Sequence record: OV032902.1
Strand: one strand, 5' to 3'
DNA: 64,000 nt
In this document: positions 55,772-64,000 of the stretch, piece by piece
How positions within the stretch are numbered: position 1 is the stretch's first letter
How the letters are laid out: the number at the start of each line of letters is the position of its first letter
Notes under the pieces: generated by a model
Databases searched by the model: none
What the model was told of the DNA's origin: nothing
Seen by the model: only the letters and a program-made list of their open reading frames with translations
Made by a program: the position numbers and the translations under genes

Positions 55772-57433
55772 ATGTTTGATCAATACATAATCCGTTTGCA
55801 GAAAGAAGACAAAGGTTTAAAACCATTACCTTATGTCGTCTGGGCGGATGCTGCATCGATTCCTAGGCCTGAATCAATCAAGCCTTTCGATAGCAGTGTG
55901 AATTACAGTGTTAACTCTGTCATCTCAGATGGCGAGGGAAGACTACTTGTTGCCAAGCGACAACCTGAGTTAGGTTACTCTCGTGACAAAGTAGAGACAG
56001 CAGCAAATCTAAATTCTGATTATGATTCAGAATGTAAGCTAGTAGAGTATAACGGGAAAACATATCTTGTTACTGCTCAAGCTGGTCAATCACAAAAGAT
56101 ATCTGCTTTAACCGGTGCCACTGCTATAACGGGTAACAAACTCGTAATCCAAGAGTGGGACGCAACTACTGGAGCTCTATCGCCAGTAGGCGTTATTTTA
56201 AACGTACCTTTGGAAAACCTAGAGGTATTTGAAATTGAAGGCAACCTGTACATTACAGGCGGCGTATCACAGGGTAACCTTTTAGGTAAGACCCGTATTT
56301 GGAAATTTGACGGTGTAACGCTAAGTGCATTTACAACGTTTGAGAAATTTAACCACGTTCTTTATTACAAGTTAGGTACACGTCATTTCTTTGCCGGCTT
56401 TAACTATGATACTGATTCACTAAAACTGTATCAGTGGACTCCGTATGGTACAGAGCTAGTAACAGAAGTAACGGAACTAACTGGTACTCTGTTACCTAAT
56501 GAAAGATTCGTAGACGTTAACTATCAGATCTTTAATGGCGTCCTTTATATGTTCGTTGTTAAGTATGATGTAGGTGGCGATAAGTCAACCATCTCTACGT
56601 ATCGTTTTGATAACATCCGCAAGACTTTGGTATTCGTTCGATCATTCGATATCGACGACCAAATTCTTCACATCAGTCCTCAAGAGATAAACCGTGAGTT
56701 CTATCTTCACGTTGCTCTTAAGGATGACTTCCTTCATACTTACAAGTTGAATACTCAAACTATCGAGCTAACGCTTGCAAGTAAACTGCCGAAGATATTT
56801 GACTATCAAGGGATAGATACAGACATCTCGGGATTAGTTCTAAACACATCATTCTTTTATGAGGATGATGAGTATTATCTAAACGTACCTGTCTTATTGC
56901 AAGATGGTGCTTTAGATGCACTGAGTGTAACTTGTCGATGGGACGCGACGTTACAACAATACATACCATTCAAAGGCTACCCTACCTACGGTGCAACCGA
57001 CTGGCAGGTACTAGAAACAGACAAAGGTATTTTCTCGGTTATCACTAACCATAGAGATACCGTCACGACTTCTGGTGAGTCAGCTATTATTGGATGGGAT
57101 AATCTAACCAAGAAATTCACCGCTACCCTCTCTGAGGTTATTGGTGGTTCAGTATGGAATAATGAGGATTGGGAAGAGTTGCAAACAGCAACCTGCCTGG
57201 TCGCGCCTTTCAACACTGTTAACAAATATCGACCAGACATGTATGTTCTCGATACCGATGACACGTTGCTAAGATTGCGAACACTCACCCCACAGCCAAC
57301 GTTCTATGCAGATGACTGGGAAACAATTCATCCTAGACAGCGCATCTCAACGTTGTACTTCTACGCTAACTTCAATTCGATGTTAGGTAGTCCTCAAAAT
57401 TCTACGGGCGTAGTTGTCCAAATTGAAAACTAA
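55772..57433 (+). CDS. Putative virion protein with EAR/EPTP-like beta-propeller
   Basis: Repeats such as ENLEVFEIEGNLYI...RIWKFDG and PTYGATDWQVLE....FSVITN fit the EAR consensus; AGGAG RBS. Confidence 0.6.
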   Translation: MFDQYIIRLQKEDKGLKPLPYVVWADAASIPRPESIKPFDSSVNYSVNSVISDGEGRLLVAKRQPELGYSRDKVETAANLNSDYDSECKLVEYNGKTYLVTAQAGQSQKISALTGATAITGNKLVIQEWDATTGALSPVGVILNVPLENLEVFEIEGNLYITGGVSQGNLLGKTRIWKFDGVTLSAFTTFEKFNHVLYYKLGTRHFFAGFNYDTDSLKLYQWTPYGTELVTEVTELTGTLLPNERFVDVNYQIFNGVLYMFVVKYDVGGDKSTISTYRFDNIRKTLVFVRSFDIDDQILHISPQEINREFYLHVALKDDFLHTYKLNTQTIELTLASKLPKIFDYQGIDTDISGLVLNTSFFYEDDEYYLNVPVLLQDGALDALSVTCRWDATLQQYIPFKGYPTYGATDWQVLETDKGIFSVITNHRDTVTTSGESAIIGWDNLTKKFTATLSEVIGGSVWNNEDWEELQTATCLVAPFNTVNKYRPDMYVLDTDDTLLRLRTLTPQPTFYADDWETIHPRQRISTLYFYANFNSMLGSPQNSTGVVVQIEN

Positions 57434-57444
57434 CGGAGAAGAAA

Positions 57445-60400
57445 ATGAGTCTTTTACCGACTATCATTCGCTTGTACCATCACCAGGGAACACAGGATAT
57501 TACAAAGTGGGTACTATGGGCTGACCGAAATGCGGCAGACGTACCAAGTAAGATTCCAACGTTCCTTGAAACATACTACTACCGTAAAGGTACATATGTA
57601 GTTCATAACGATCGCATCTTCCGTGCAAACAAGATCATTATGAAAGGTACATTCGATGCCGACGAGTGGACCGAAATCGATCAGATGACTGGTTTCGTTG
57701 CCCGCTACCGTAGCGACATTGATTACGAACAAGACTACTACATTCTTGATTCTGACAGTAAGCTACTCCGTAACCGTTATGCTTTCTCTGCGAAAGTATA
57801 CGATGAAAATGATTGGGAAGCTGTAGTAACAGGCTCGGAAGCTGAGACTGCTACTGTTTACCTGGATCAACTAGATAGTATCGAAGAGTTCGAAGTAGAA
57901 GATGGTATCTTCATTGAACTTGGCGGTATTCCAGATGCGTACGACCCGTTCGCTGATTTGGAGCCTATCGAAAAATACTTCACAGAAGAACGTGAAGGTA
58001 ACTACTACTCTTTCTCTAAAGAGCTAAAGGTCTTTACTGACTTAGTCGCAGGTAACCCTGCAAGCCATGGTGATAAAGTAGCCCGTGTTAACCCTGTGTT
58101 TGGTAACATGGTACTTTTCCAAGAAGACGAAGATAATCGTCCGACTTACTACGAAACAGAAGACGGAATCGGTTACCTTGTCTTTACTGGCAACGAACAT
58201 CTACTAGGTGACTTAGGTACGACTACAATCGATAACCTAAACATTACTCTAGGTGTTCCTGGTACTGGTCATTTGAATCTGGTTGAGCATGAAGTGACAG
58301 ACGGCATTGTTCGTTTCGGTCCTACGTTCCCGGATTCAACTAAGACTTGGTATCTGAGTGAAGGTTTCTTACCTGAAGAAGAACTATCTACGTCTGAGCG
58401 TATTGCTGTAGATGAAGAAGTACTTCAACGTTCTATTGCGTCTTACCCTAGTGCGACAGTTCAATCTATGTCGAACTGGTTCCTGAATGATGTTAACTTC
58501 AATGAAGACATCTCAGGTTGGGACATGTCAGGTAAGTTCTTTACAGACGGCATGTTTAAGAACGCTACTCAGTTCAACCAGCACATCGGTGCATGGGACA
58601 TGGAAAACGTAGAGAATACGGCTTCTATGTTTGAGGGTGCGAGCAGCTTTAACTTCCCTCTACATGAGTGGGACTTTGCTCAGCTGAAAGTTACCCGTGC
58701 AATGTTTAAAGATGCAATTGCTTTCAACCAAGATCTTTCTCTATGGGAAATGTTCAACGTTGTTGATGCATCTGCTATGTTCCAAGGTGCCGTAGCCTTT
58801 AATGGCTTCCTAGGTCTATGGAACATGCCTAACTTGCTTGACGCGTCTTACATGCTTGACGGCGCAATTGCATTCGACCAAGACGTAAGTCAGTTCCGTT
58901 TATCGGAAGTAACTAACCTAGTCGGTATGTTCCGTAATGCGACGGTATTCAATCGTCCTATTACTCAGTGGAGCACAACTAAGGTTACTGACATCTCGTT
59001 CATGTTCGAAGGTGCAGAAGCATTCAATCAAGACCTGGATACTTTTGTTACGTCTCAAGTAACTGGCATGATTGGCGTATTCGACGGAGCGACTGCGTTT
59101 AATGGTGACATCACTGGATGGGACACTATTAACGTAAACAGCATGATGCGTATGTTCCGCAATGCAGTTGCGTTTAACCAAGACATCAATCCATGGTTGA
59201 CAGACAATGTTAACAACATGGAAGAAATGTTTAGTGGTGCTGCGGCATTTACTTACGACATTTCTGATTGGTGTGTGCGTAACATTCTAGCAGAGCCGAT
59301 TGGCTTTGATGCGGATACAAATGCTGCATGGGAAAACCAAACAGCATTGCAACCAAAGTGGGGCACACCGTGTCTTCGTTACCTAGCTCGTTCTTACTAT
59401 GACGCAAGTCGTATCGATACTCTATTCCAAGATGCTGCGGGTACAATCCCTGTACAGAATCCTGGTGATAAAGTATTGCGCTGGAATGACCTTTCGGTTA
59501 ACAACAATGCAGCTATCGGTGTTTTAGCTACAGCACCTACGTATCGTGAAGATGCTAACGGTCGCGGCTATGTTGAATTCAACACTGATGAGTTTCTGTC
59601 ATTTACTGATGCTGGTATTTCTTACGATACATGGCAAACAGTACCTGGCGTTGGTTTCTTCCAACTAAGTAACACTAATACTGTTATTGGTCCGAATGAC
59701 ACCACAGGCTCTCAGAAGCGCTACATCGGTCAGTTTGTCGCACTTGAGTCAAACTACTCAGCTATTGATGAAACAGTCGTAGTAGAGTTTGTGCGCGAAG
59801 AACAGGGACTATACGACCCTAACACTGTGACTAACCTTTCTTACTACTTCCAAAACATGTTGGACTTTAACTCTGACATCGCTGAGTGGGAAATGGGCGG
59901 AATCACAAACGTTGAAGGTATGTTCCAGAATGCGTCTATCTTTGATGCCGGCATCGGTGTTTGGGATATGGGCAATGTTGAGAACTTCTCGTATATGTTT
60001 GACGGTGCAGTTGCCTTCAATCAAGACATTGGTGCGTGGAATACTGCTAATGCTACTAACATGTCATACATGTTTGATGGCGCGTCTACGTTTAACCAAA
60101 CTCTTGCATGGGATACATCTGGTGTTACTGACTTTGATGGTATGTTCCGTGGTGCAGTTAACTATCGTTCAGTTACTAACTTCGACTTAACTTCTGCTCT
60201 AAGCATTAACGGTATGTTCGAAGGTGCTATTAACTTTAACCAACCTTTCACGGGTCCAGCTCCAGTTCTTATGGAAGCAAGCTCTGTGTTCCAAGGTGCG
60301 ACTAAGTTCAATAGTTCAGTAGATAGTCTTATTGCTGAAAACGTTTGGGATATCTCGAATATCTTTAAAGACGCAGCAGCGTTTAACCAAGACCTAAGTT

Positions 60401-63400
60401 CTTGGGTTACGTCTGACGTAACAACAATGGAAGGTTCGTTTGATGGGGCGACAGTATTCGATCAAGACTTAGTCTGGGATACAAGCTCTGTAGAAACACT
60501 ACAAAACACTTTCCGTAATGCACGTAACTTTAATAGTGACATCTCTGGATGGGTAACTACTAATGTTACAAACATGAGTCAAACCTTTGCCGGTGCATCT
60601 GCATTCAACACAGACATTCAGTCGTGGGATGTACGCAACGTAACAACATTCGAATACACATTCGTTAACGCAGGTTCATTCAACCAGCCTCTTAACTTAT
60701 GGCGCACAGAGAATGCTGTAACATTCAAAGGTATGTTCCAAGGTGCACAAACGTTCAACCAAGTTCTAAGTAACTGGGATACGGACACGGTACTTGACTT
60801 TGACTTCATGTTCTTCAATGCCTCTGCCTTCAATAACGATATCTCTACATGGTGTGTTAAGCAGATTCCTGTAGCTGGCCCAGAAGACTTCTCTTTTGGT
60901 TCTCCGCTTATTGCTGACAATACTCCTATCTGGGGTGCACGCTGTTTGAGTGATCTAGCAGACCTATGGTACGACTCGTCAGACATCACGAAAGTGTTTA
61001 CTGACTTGGCTAAGACCACACAGCCATCTCCTGGCGACAAGGTTGCTGTATTAGAAGACAAAGGTAAGTTGGGCCTAGATGCTATCCAGTCGGATGTAAC
61101 TAAGCAGCCTATCTATCGTGAAGATGCTAATGGTCTAGGTTACCTAGAATTCCCTGTTGGTTCTTCATTGACGGCTACTGGTGTTATCGGTACTGGTGTT
61201 TGGGTTAACAACATTCCATCGGTAGGTGGTTACGGTGATTACATCGTCGTTCCTGCATCTACATTTACACTGGACTTTGATTCAGTAAATGTTCCAGCAG
61301 CTTCTCGTAAACTAGGTCAAGCTATCGTATACTACGCAGCTCCTAACGAAAGTGATTTGCTGGTACTGAACAAAGCTGTACGTCGTTGGTCTGACTTATA
61401 TGCACCTGGTGCTGTAACAGATATTTCGGCGGCTATTGAAGGTCGTGCTGATTTCGACTGGGATATTTCTACTTGGACTATGGGTCTTGTTGAAAAGGCT
61501 AATTACCTATTGGCAGGCTGTGAACAGTTTGATGTGGATATTTCAGATTGGGATACTTCTTCTTTACAAGAAGCAGAGGGTATGTTCCTAGACTGTAAGA
61601 TCTTTAACCAAGACCTTACTTGGGATGTACAGAACCTAGCAAACGCTAAAGCAATGTTCCGTGGCTGTACGGAGTTTAATGGTGCTATTGGTGGTTGGGT
61701 TACTACAGCTCTTGCTGACTTGACGCAGACTTTCTACGCAGCTCGTGCATTCGACCAAGACATTTCTGGTTGGGATACACAAAACGTTTTATCTTTCCAA
61801 GAGACGTTCTCTACGACTCGTGACTTTAACCAAGACCTAAGTGCTTGGAATACAAGTGCGGCTACCACAATGAGTGGTATGTTCTTGGGTGCAGAATCGT
61901 TTAACTCTCCTGTGGCGACATGGGACACGTCAAGCGTTACAGACTTCTCTGGTATGTTCCAGGCTGCTGCTGCATTCGACCAAGTTGTAGACCACTTCGA
62001 TACATCCAGTGCAACAACTCTGGCTCGTATGTTCCGTGATGCAGTTACGTTTAACCGTAGCATGATGTCTTGGGATGTTCGTCAAGTAGTTGACTTCTCT
62101 GAGATGTTCTATGGTGCGGATGAATTCCAAGGTCAAATCTCTTCTTGGGTATTTGACGCTAGCGATATTCTGATGGACCGTATGTTCCGCGATGCATACA
62201 AGTTTAATGATGACATCGGTGTTTGGGAAACAAACAACGTAACGTCTATGCTTGAGATGTTCCGCGATGCATTCGTGTTTGGTCGTAACCTTATCACGTG
62301 GTGTGTTAAAGACGTTCTTCCTTCTGAAGCTACAAACTTCGGAACTAACAGCCAACTTCAAGCTGCACAGATTCCTCTATTTGGTGAGCCATGTATTGGT
62401 GAGCTATTGGATGGTTACTACGATGCGGCTATCAAACGTACAGTTGCTACAAACATTGACGGTACAGGTGAACCACTTGACGGCGATAAAGTAGCGTATC
62501 TAGGTGACTTGTCTCCTAATGACAATCACGCTGTACAGGCAGACCCTGCCCTACGTCCAACTTATCGTGAAGACGTTAATGGTCGTGGTTACCTTGTATT
62601 CGAAGATGATCAACATCTTTTAGTTCCTGCTATTACTGGTGCCTCTCGCAACTGGGTAGCTGTTTGTGGTCGTGGTACTCCAGAGTGGACTGGCCAAACA
62701 AACAACCCTGCGAAAATTGGTATTAAGTATGCCGGTGGTGCAAACAAGGTATGGTACTTTGGCGCAGAAGCAATTACTGCAACGGCACGTACTGCTGCTG
62801 AAGAACTATTGATTCGCAATGCAATGCAAATCCGTGCACTGAACTATCCTTCTGACTTACAGTCTGAAATGGATTGGTTCTTCCATAACGAACAATACCT
62901 AAGTGGCGGCCTAGCTGACCTTAATACGGTTGGTCTATCTACACTGGAAGGTACGTTCAAAGGATGTCAACGCTACAATGAAGATATCACTGGTTGGGAT
63001 ACATCGGCTATCGCGTCGTTTGCTCAAACCTTTGAAGGCTGTGCTACTCTTAACCAAGACTTCTCTACTTGGACCGTAGCTCAAGGCTTAAGCTTCTCTG
63101 GTATGTTTAACGGTTGTACTTCTTTATCGTTCGATGCTTCTGGCTGGGACGTAAGTCGTGCTTCTAACTTCAGTAACATGTTCCGCAGCTGTGTGGCTTT
63201 CAATGCCGATATCTCAGGCTGGACAATTCGTACTGATGTTGACATTAACTTCTTTGGTATGTTTGCTGGTGCAACTATCTTTAACCAAGATATCACTGGC
63301 TGGAATATGGACCGTGTTGTAAACACAGGTGAAATGTTCTACGGTGCTCAAGCCTTCAACCAAGACCTAAGTCAATGGGATGTTGAAAGTATCACAAATA

Positions 63401-63999
63401 TGGAATCTATGTTCCGTGGTGCAATTGCATTCAATCAAGACATTGGTGATTGGCGTGTTGGTAACGTATTGAACATGGACCAAATGTTCAACGGTGCAAC
63501 GGTATTTGATCAAGACATCTCTCGTTGGTGTGTAAGCCAAATTCCAACAACTCCAACTAACTTCGATACTGCTTCGGGTTTCTTGGGTGATCTGGCTAAG
63601 CAACCTATCTGGGGTGGCTACTGTCTTATTGAGCGTTCGGAGTTCTTCCACTCTGCACGTGATAAAGATTACATGTTCCAAGACTCAGCAGGTACTGTGC
63701 CTGTTACAGCTCCTGGACAACCTGTAGGTTACGTTACCGACTTGACTGGTAACTTCCGTCCATTGCTACAGACAAATAATGCTAAGCGTCCAGTATATCG
63801 TGAAGACGATAATGGAAACGGATACATTGAGTTTGGTCCAAACCAAACGTTAGTCCTAGACTACAATGGCCGTGCTGACCATATTCTATCTGTTGCTGAC
63901 CGTGGTAAGATTCTATTTGCTGACGAAGACTTCTTCGGTGGTAATGACATTAAGTCTTACTTGTCTGCTGAAACGAAAGGTGTTCAGCGTATGGGCGAC
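57445..63999 (+). CDS. Giant DUF285/BspA-type leucine-rich-repeat protein (>2180 aa), 3'-truncated, missing from the ORF track
   Basis: GGAG RBS, ATG 57445, frame open wherever I translated it up to the window end. Many FN.DI..W....V..M..MF..A..F repeats in four blocks, each capped by WCV..I...P..F...P.(W/F)G..C and separated by a recurring GD.V...D.....Q....P.YRED.NG.GY..F module. Confidence 0.85.
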   Translation, partial: MSLLPTIIRLYHHQGTQDITKWVLWADRNAADVPSKIPTFLETYYYRKGTYVVHNDRIFRANKIIMKGTFDADEWTEIDQMTGFVARYRSDIDYEQDYYILDSDSKLLRNRYAFSAKVYDENDWEAVVTGSEAETATVYLDQLDSIEEFEVEDGIFIELGGIPDAYDPFADLEPIEKYFTEEREGNYYSFSKELKVFTDLVAGNPASHGDKVARVNPVFGNMVLFQEDEDNRPTYYETEDGIGYLVFTGNEHLLGDLGTTTIDNLNITLGVPGTGHLNLVEHEVTDGIVRFGPTFPDSTKTWYLSEGFLPEEELSTSERIAVDEEVLQRSIASYPSATVQSMSNWFLNDVNFNEDISGWDMSGKFFTDGMFKNATQFNQHIGAWDMENVENTASMFEGASSFNFPLHEWDFAQLKVTRAMFKDAIAFNQDLSLWEMFNVVDASAMFQGAVAFNGFLGLWNMPNLLDASYMLDGAIAFDQDVSQFRLSEVTNLVGMFRNATVFNRPITQWSTTKVTDISFMFEGAEAFNQDLDTFVTSQVTGMIGVFDGATAFNGDITGWDTINVNSMMRMFRNAVAFNQDINPWLTDNVNNMEEMFSGAAAFTYDISDWCVRNILAEPIGFDADTNAAWENQTALQPKWGTPCLRYLARSYYDASRIDTLFQDAAGTIPVQNPGDKVLRWNDLSVNNNAAIGVLATAPTYREDANGRGYVEFNTDEFLSFTDAGISYDTWQTVPGVGFFQLSNTNTVIGPNDTTGSQKRYIGQFVALESNYSAIDETVVVEFVREEQGLYDPNTVTNLSYYFQNMLDFNSDIAEWEMGGITNVEGMFQNASIFDAGIGVWDMGNVENFSYMFDGAVAFNQDIGAWNTANATNMSYMFDGASTFNQTLAWDTSGVTDFDGMFRGAVNYRSVTNFDLTSALSINGMFEGAINFNQPFTGPAPVLMEASSVFQGATKFNSSVDSLIAENVWDISNIFKDAAAFNQDLSSWVTSDVTTMEGSFDGATVFDQDLVWDTSSVETLQNTFRNARNFNSDISGWVTTNVTNMSQTFAGASAFNTDIQSWDVRNVTTFEYTFVNAGSFNQPLNLWRTENAVTFKGMFQGAQTFNQVLSNWDTDTVLDFDFMFFNASAFNNDISTWCVKQIPVAGPEDFSFGSPLIADNTPIWGARCLSDLADLWYDSSDITKVFTDLAKTTQPSPGDKVAVLEDKGKLGLDAIQSDVTKQPIYREDANGLGYLEFPVGSSLTATGVIGTGVWVNNIPSVGGYGDYIVVPASTFTLDFDSVNVPAASRKLGQAIVYYAAPNESDLLVLNKAVRRWSDLYAPGAVTDISAAIEGRADFDWDISTWTMGLVEKANYLLAGCEQFDVDISDWDTSSLQEAEGMFLDCKIFNQDLTWDVQNLANAKAMFRGCTEFNGAIGGWVTTALADLTQTFYAARAFDQDISGWDTQNVLSFQETFSTTRDFNQDLSAWNTSAATTMSGMFLGAESFNSPVATWDTSSVTDFSGMFQAAAAFDQVVDHFDTSSATTLARMFRDAVTFNRSMMSWDVRQVVDFSEMFYGADEFQGQISSWVFDASDILMDRMFRDAYKFNDDIGVWETNNVTSMLEMFRDAFVFGRNLITWCVKDVLPSEATNFGTNSQLQAAQIPLFGEPCIGELLDGYYDAAIKRTVATNIDGTGEPLDGDKVAYLGDLSPNDNHAVQADPALRPTYREDVNGRGYLVFEDDQHLLVPAITGASRNWVAVCGRGTPEWTGQTNNPAKIGIKYAGGANKVWYFGAEAITATARTAAEELLIRNAMQIRALNYPSDLQSEMDWFFHNEQYLSGGLADLNTVGLSTLEGTFKGCQRYNEDITGWDTSAIASFAQTFEGCATLNQDFSTWTVAQGLSFSGMFNGCTSLSFDASGWDVSRASNFSNMFRSCVAFNADISGWTIRTDVDINFFGMFAGATIFNQDITGWNMDRVVNTGEMFYGAQAFNQDLSQWDVESITNMESMFRGAIAFNQDIGDWRVGNVLNMDQMFNGATVFDQDISRWCVSQIPTTPTNFDTASGFLGDLAKQPIWGGYCLIERSEFFHSARDKDYMFQDSAGTVPVTAPGQPVGYVTDLTGNFRPLLQTNNAKRPVYREDDNGNGYIEFGPNQTLVLDYNGRADHILSVADRGKILFADEDFFGGNDIKSYLSAETKGVQRMGD

Positions 64000-64000
64000 A

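Noticed and set aside
58470-63630. Regularly spaced repeats of about 75 nt, considered as a CRISPR array
   Set aside because: Repeats are degenerate at synonymous positions and in frame; they are protein LRRs, with no invariant repeat/spacer structure and no cas genes.
57514-63681. Many minus-strand ORFs listed over the last 6.5 kb
   Set aside because: Antisense shadows of the long plus-strand DUF285 gene that the track missed.
1-64000. tRNA, rRNA, self-splicing introns, inteins, integrase/att sites
   Set aside because: No cloverleaf with T-loop consensus in the short intergenic gaps, no interrupted core genes and no recombinase seen by eye; tRNAscan-SE/Infernal would be needed to exclude them formally.

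Overview
A 64-kb segment of a phiKZ-like (Chimalliviridae-type) jumbo phage genome, probably from a marine phage; a Vibrio-like host is inferred only from gene content and CTA/CTT-rich codon use. Family assignments are from recalled motifs, not database searches. (1) 1-10.3 kb, conserved core: the 3' end of a non-virion RNAP beta subunit (phiKZ gp123-like), a large Q-rich protein, a minus-strand operon (two virion proteins, RuvC, a small protein) and the portal. (2) 10.4-32.8 kb, accessory region with four copies of a TATAT(T/A)AC early-type promoter. It encodes many envelope-directed proteins: a membrane-anchored SleB-like hydrolase, a cluster sharing an MFKLF-type amphipathic N-terminus with a duplicated two-gene cassette, a secreted beta-rich pair, and a YadA-like trimeric autotransporter. 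It also has a GH19 endolysin, a tandem HU-like protein, intact and degenerate HNH genes and a degenerate terminase-like gene. (3) 32.9-64 kb, virion appendage block: a 2351-aa protein with about 35 CBM5/12-like modules, a 2282-aa modular fibre with six copies of a linker, a GH18 chitinase with an intact catalytic motif, two more HU-like paralogs, a HAD nucleotidase, a SLOG protein, an SF2 helicase, an EAR/EPTP propeller protein, and a >2180-aa DUF285/BspA-repeat protein that runs off the window and is absent from the ORF track. Best candidate new systems: a chitin-docking/chitinase virion module and an early host-surface remodelling programme. No tRNA, rRNA or CRISPR array was seen.
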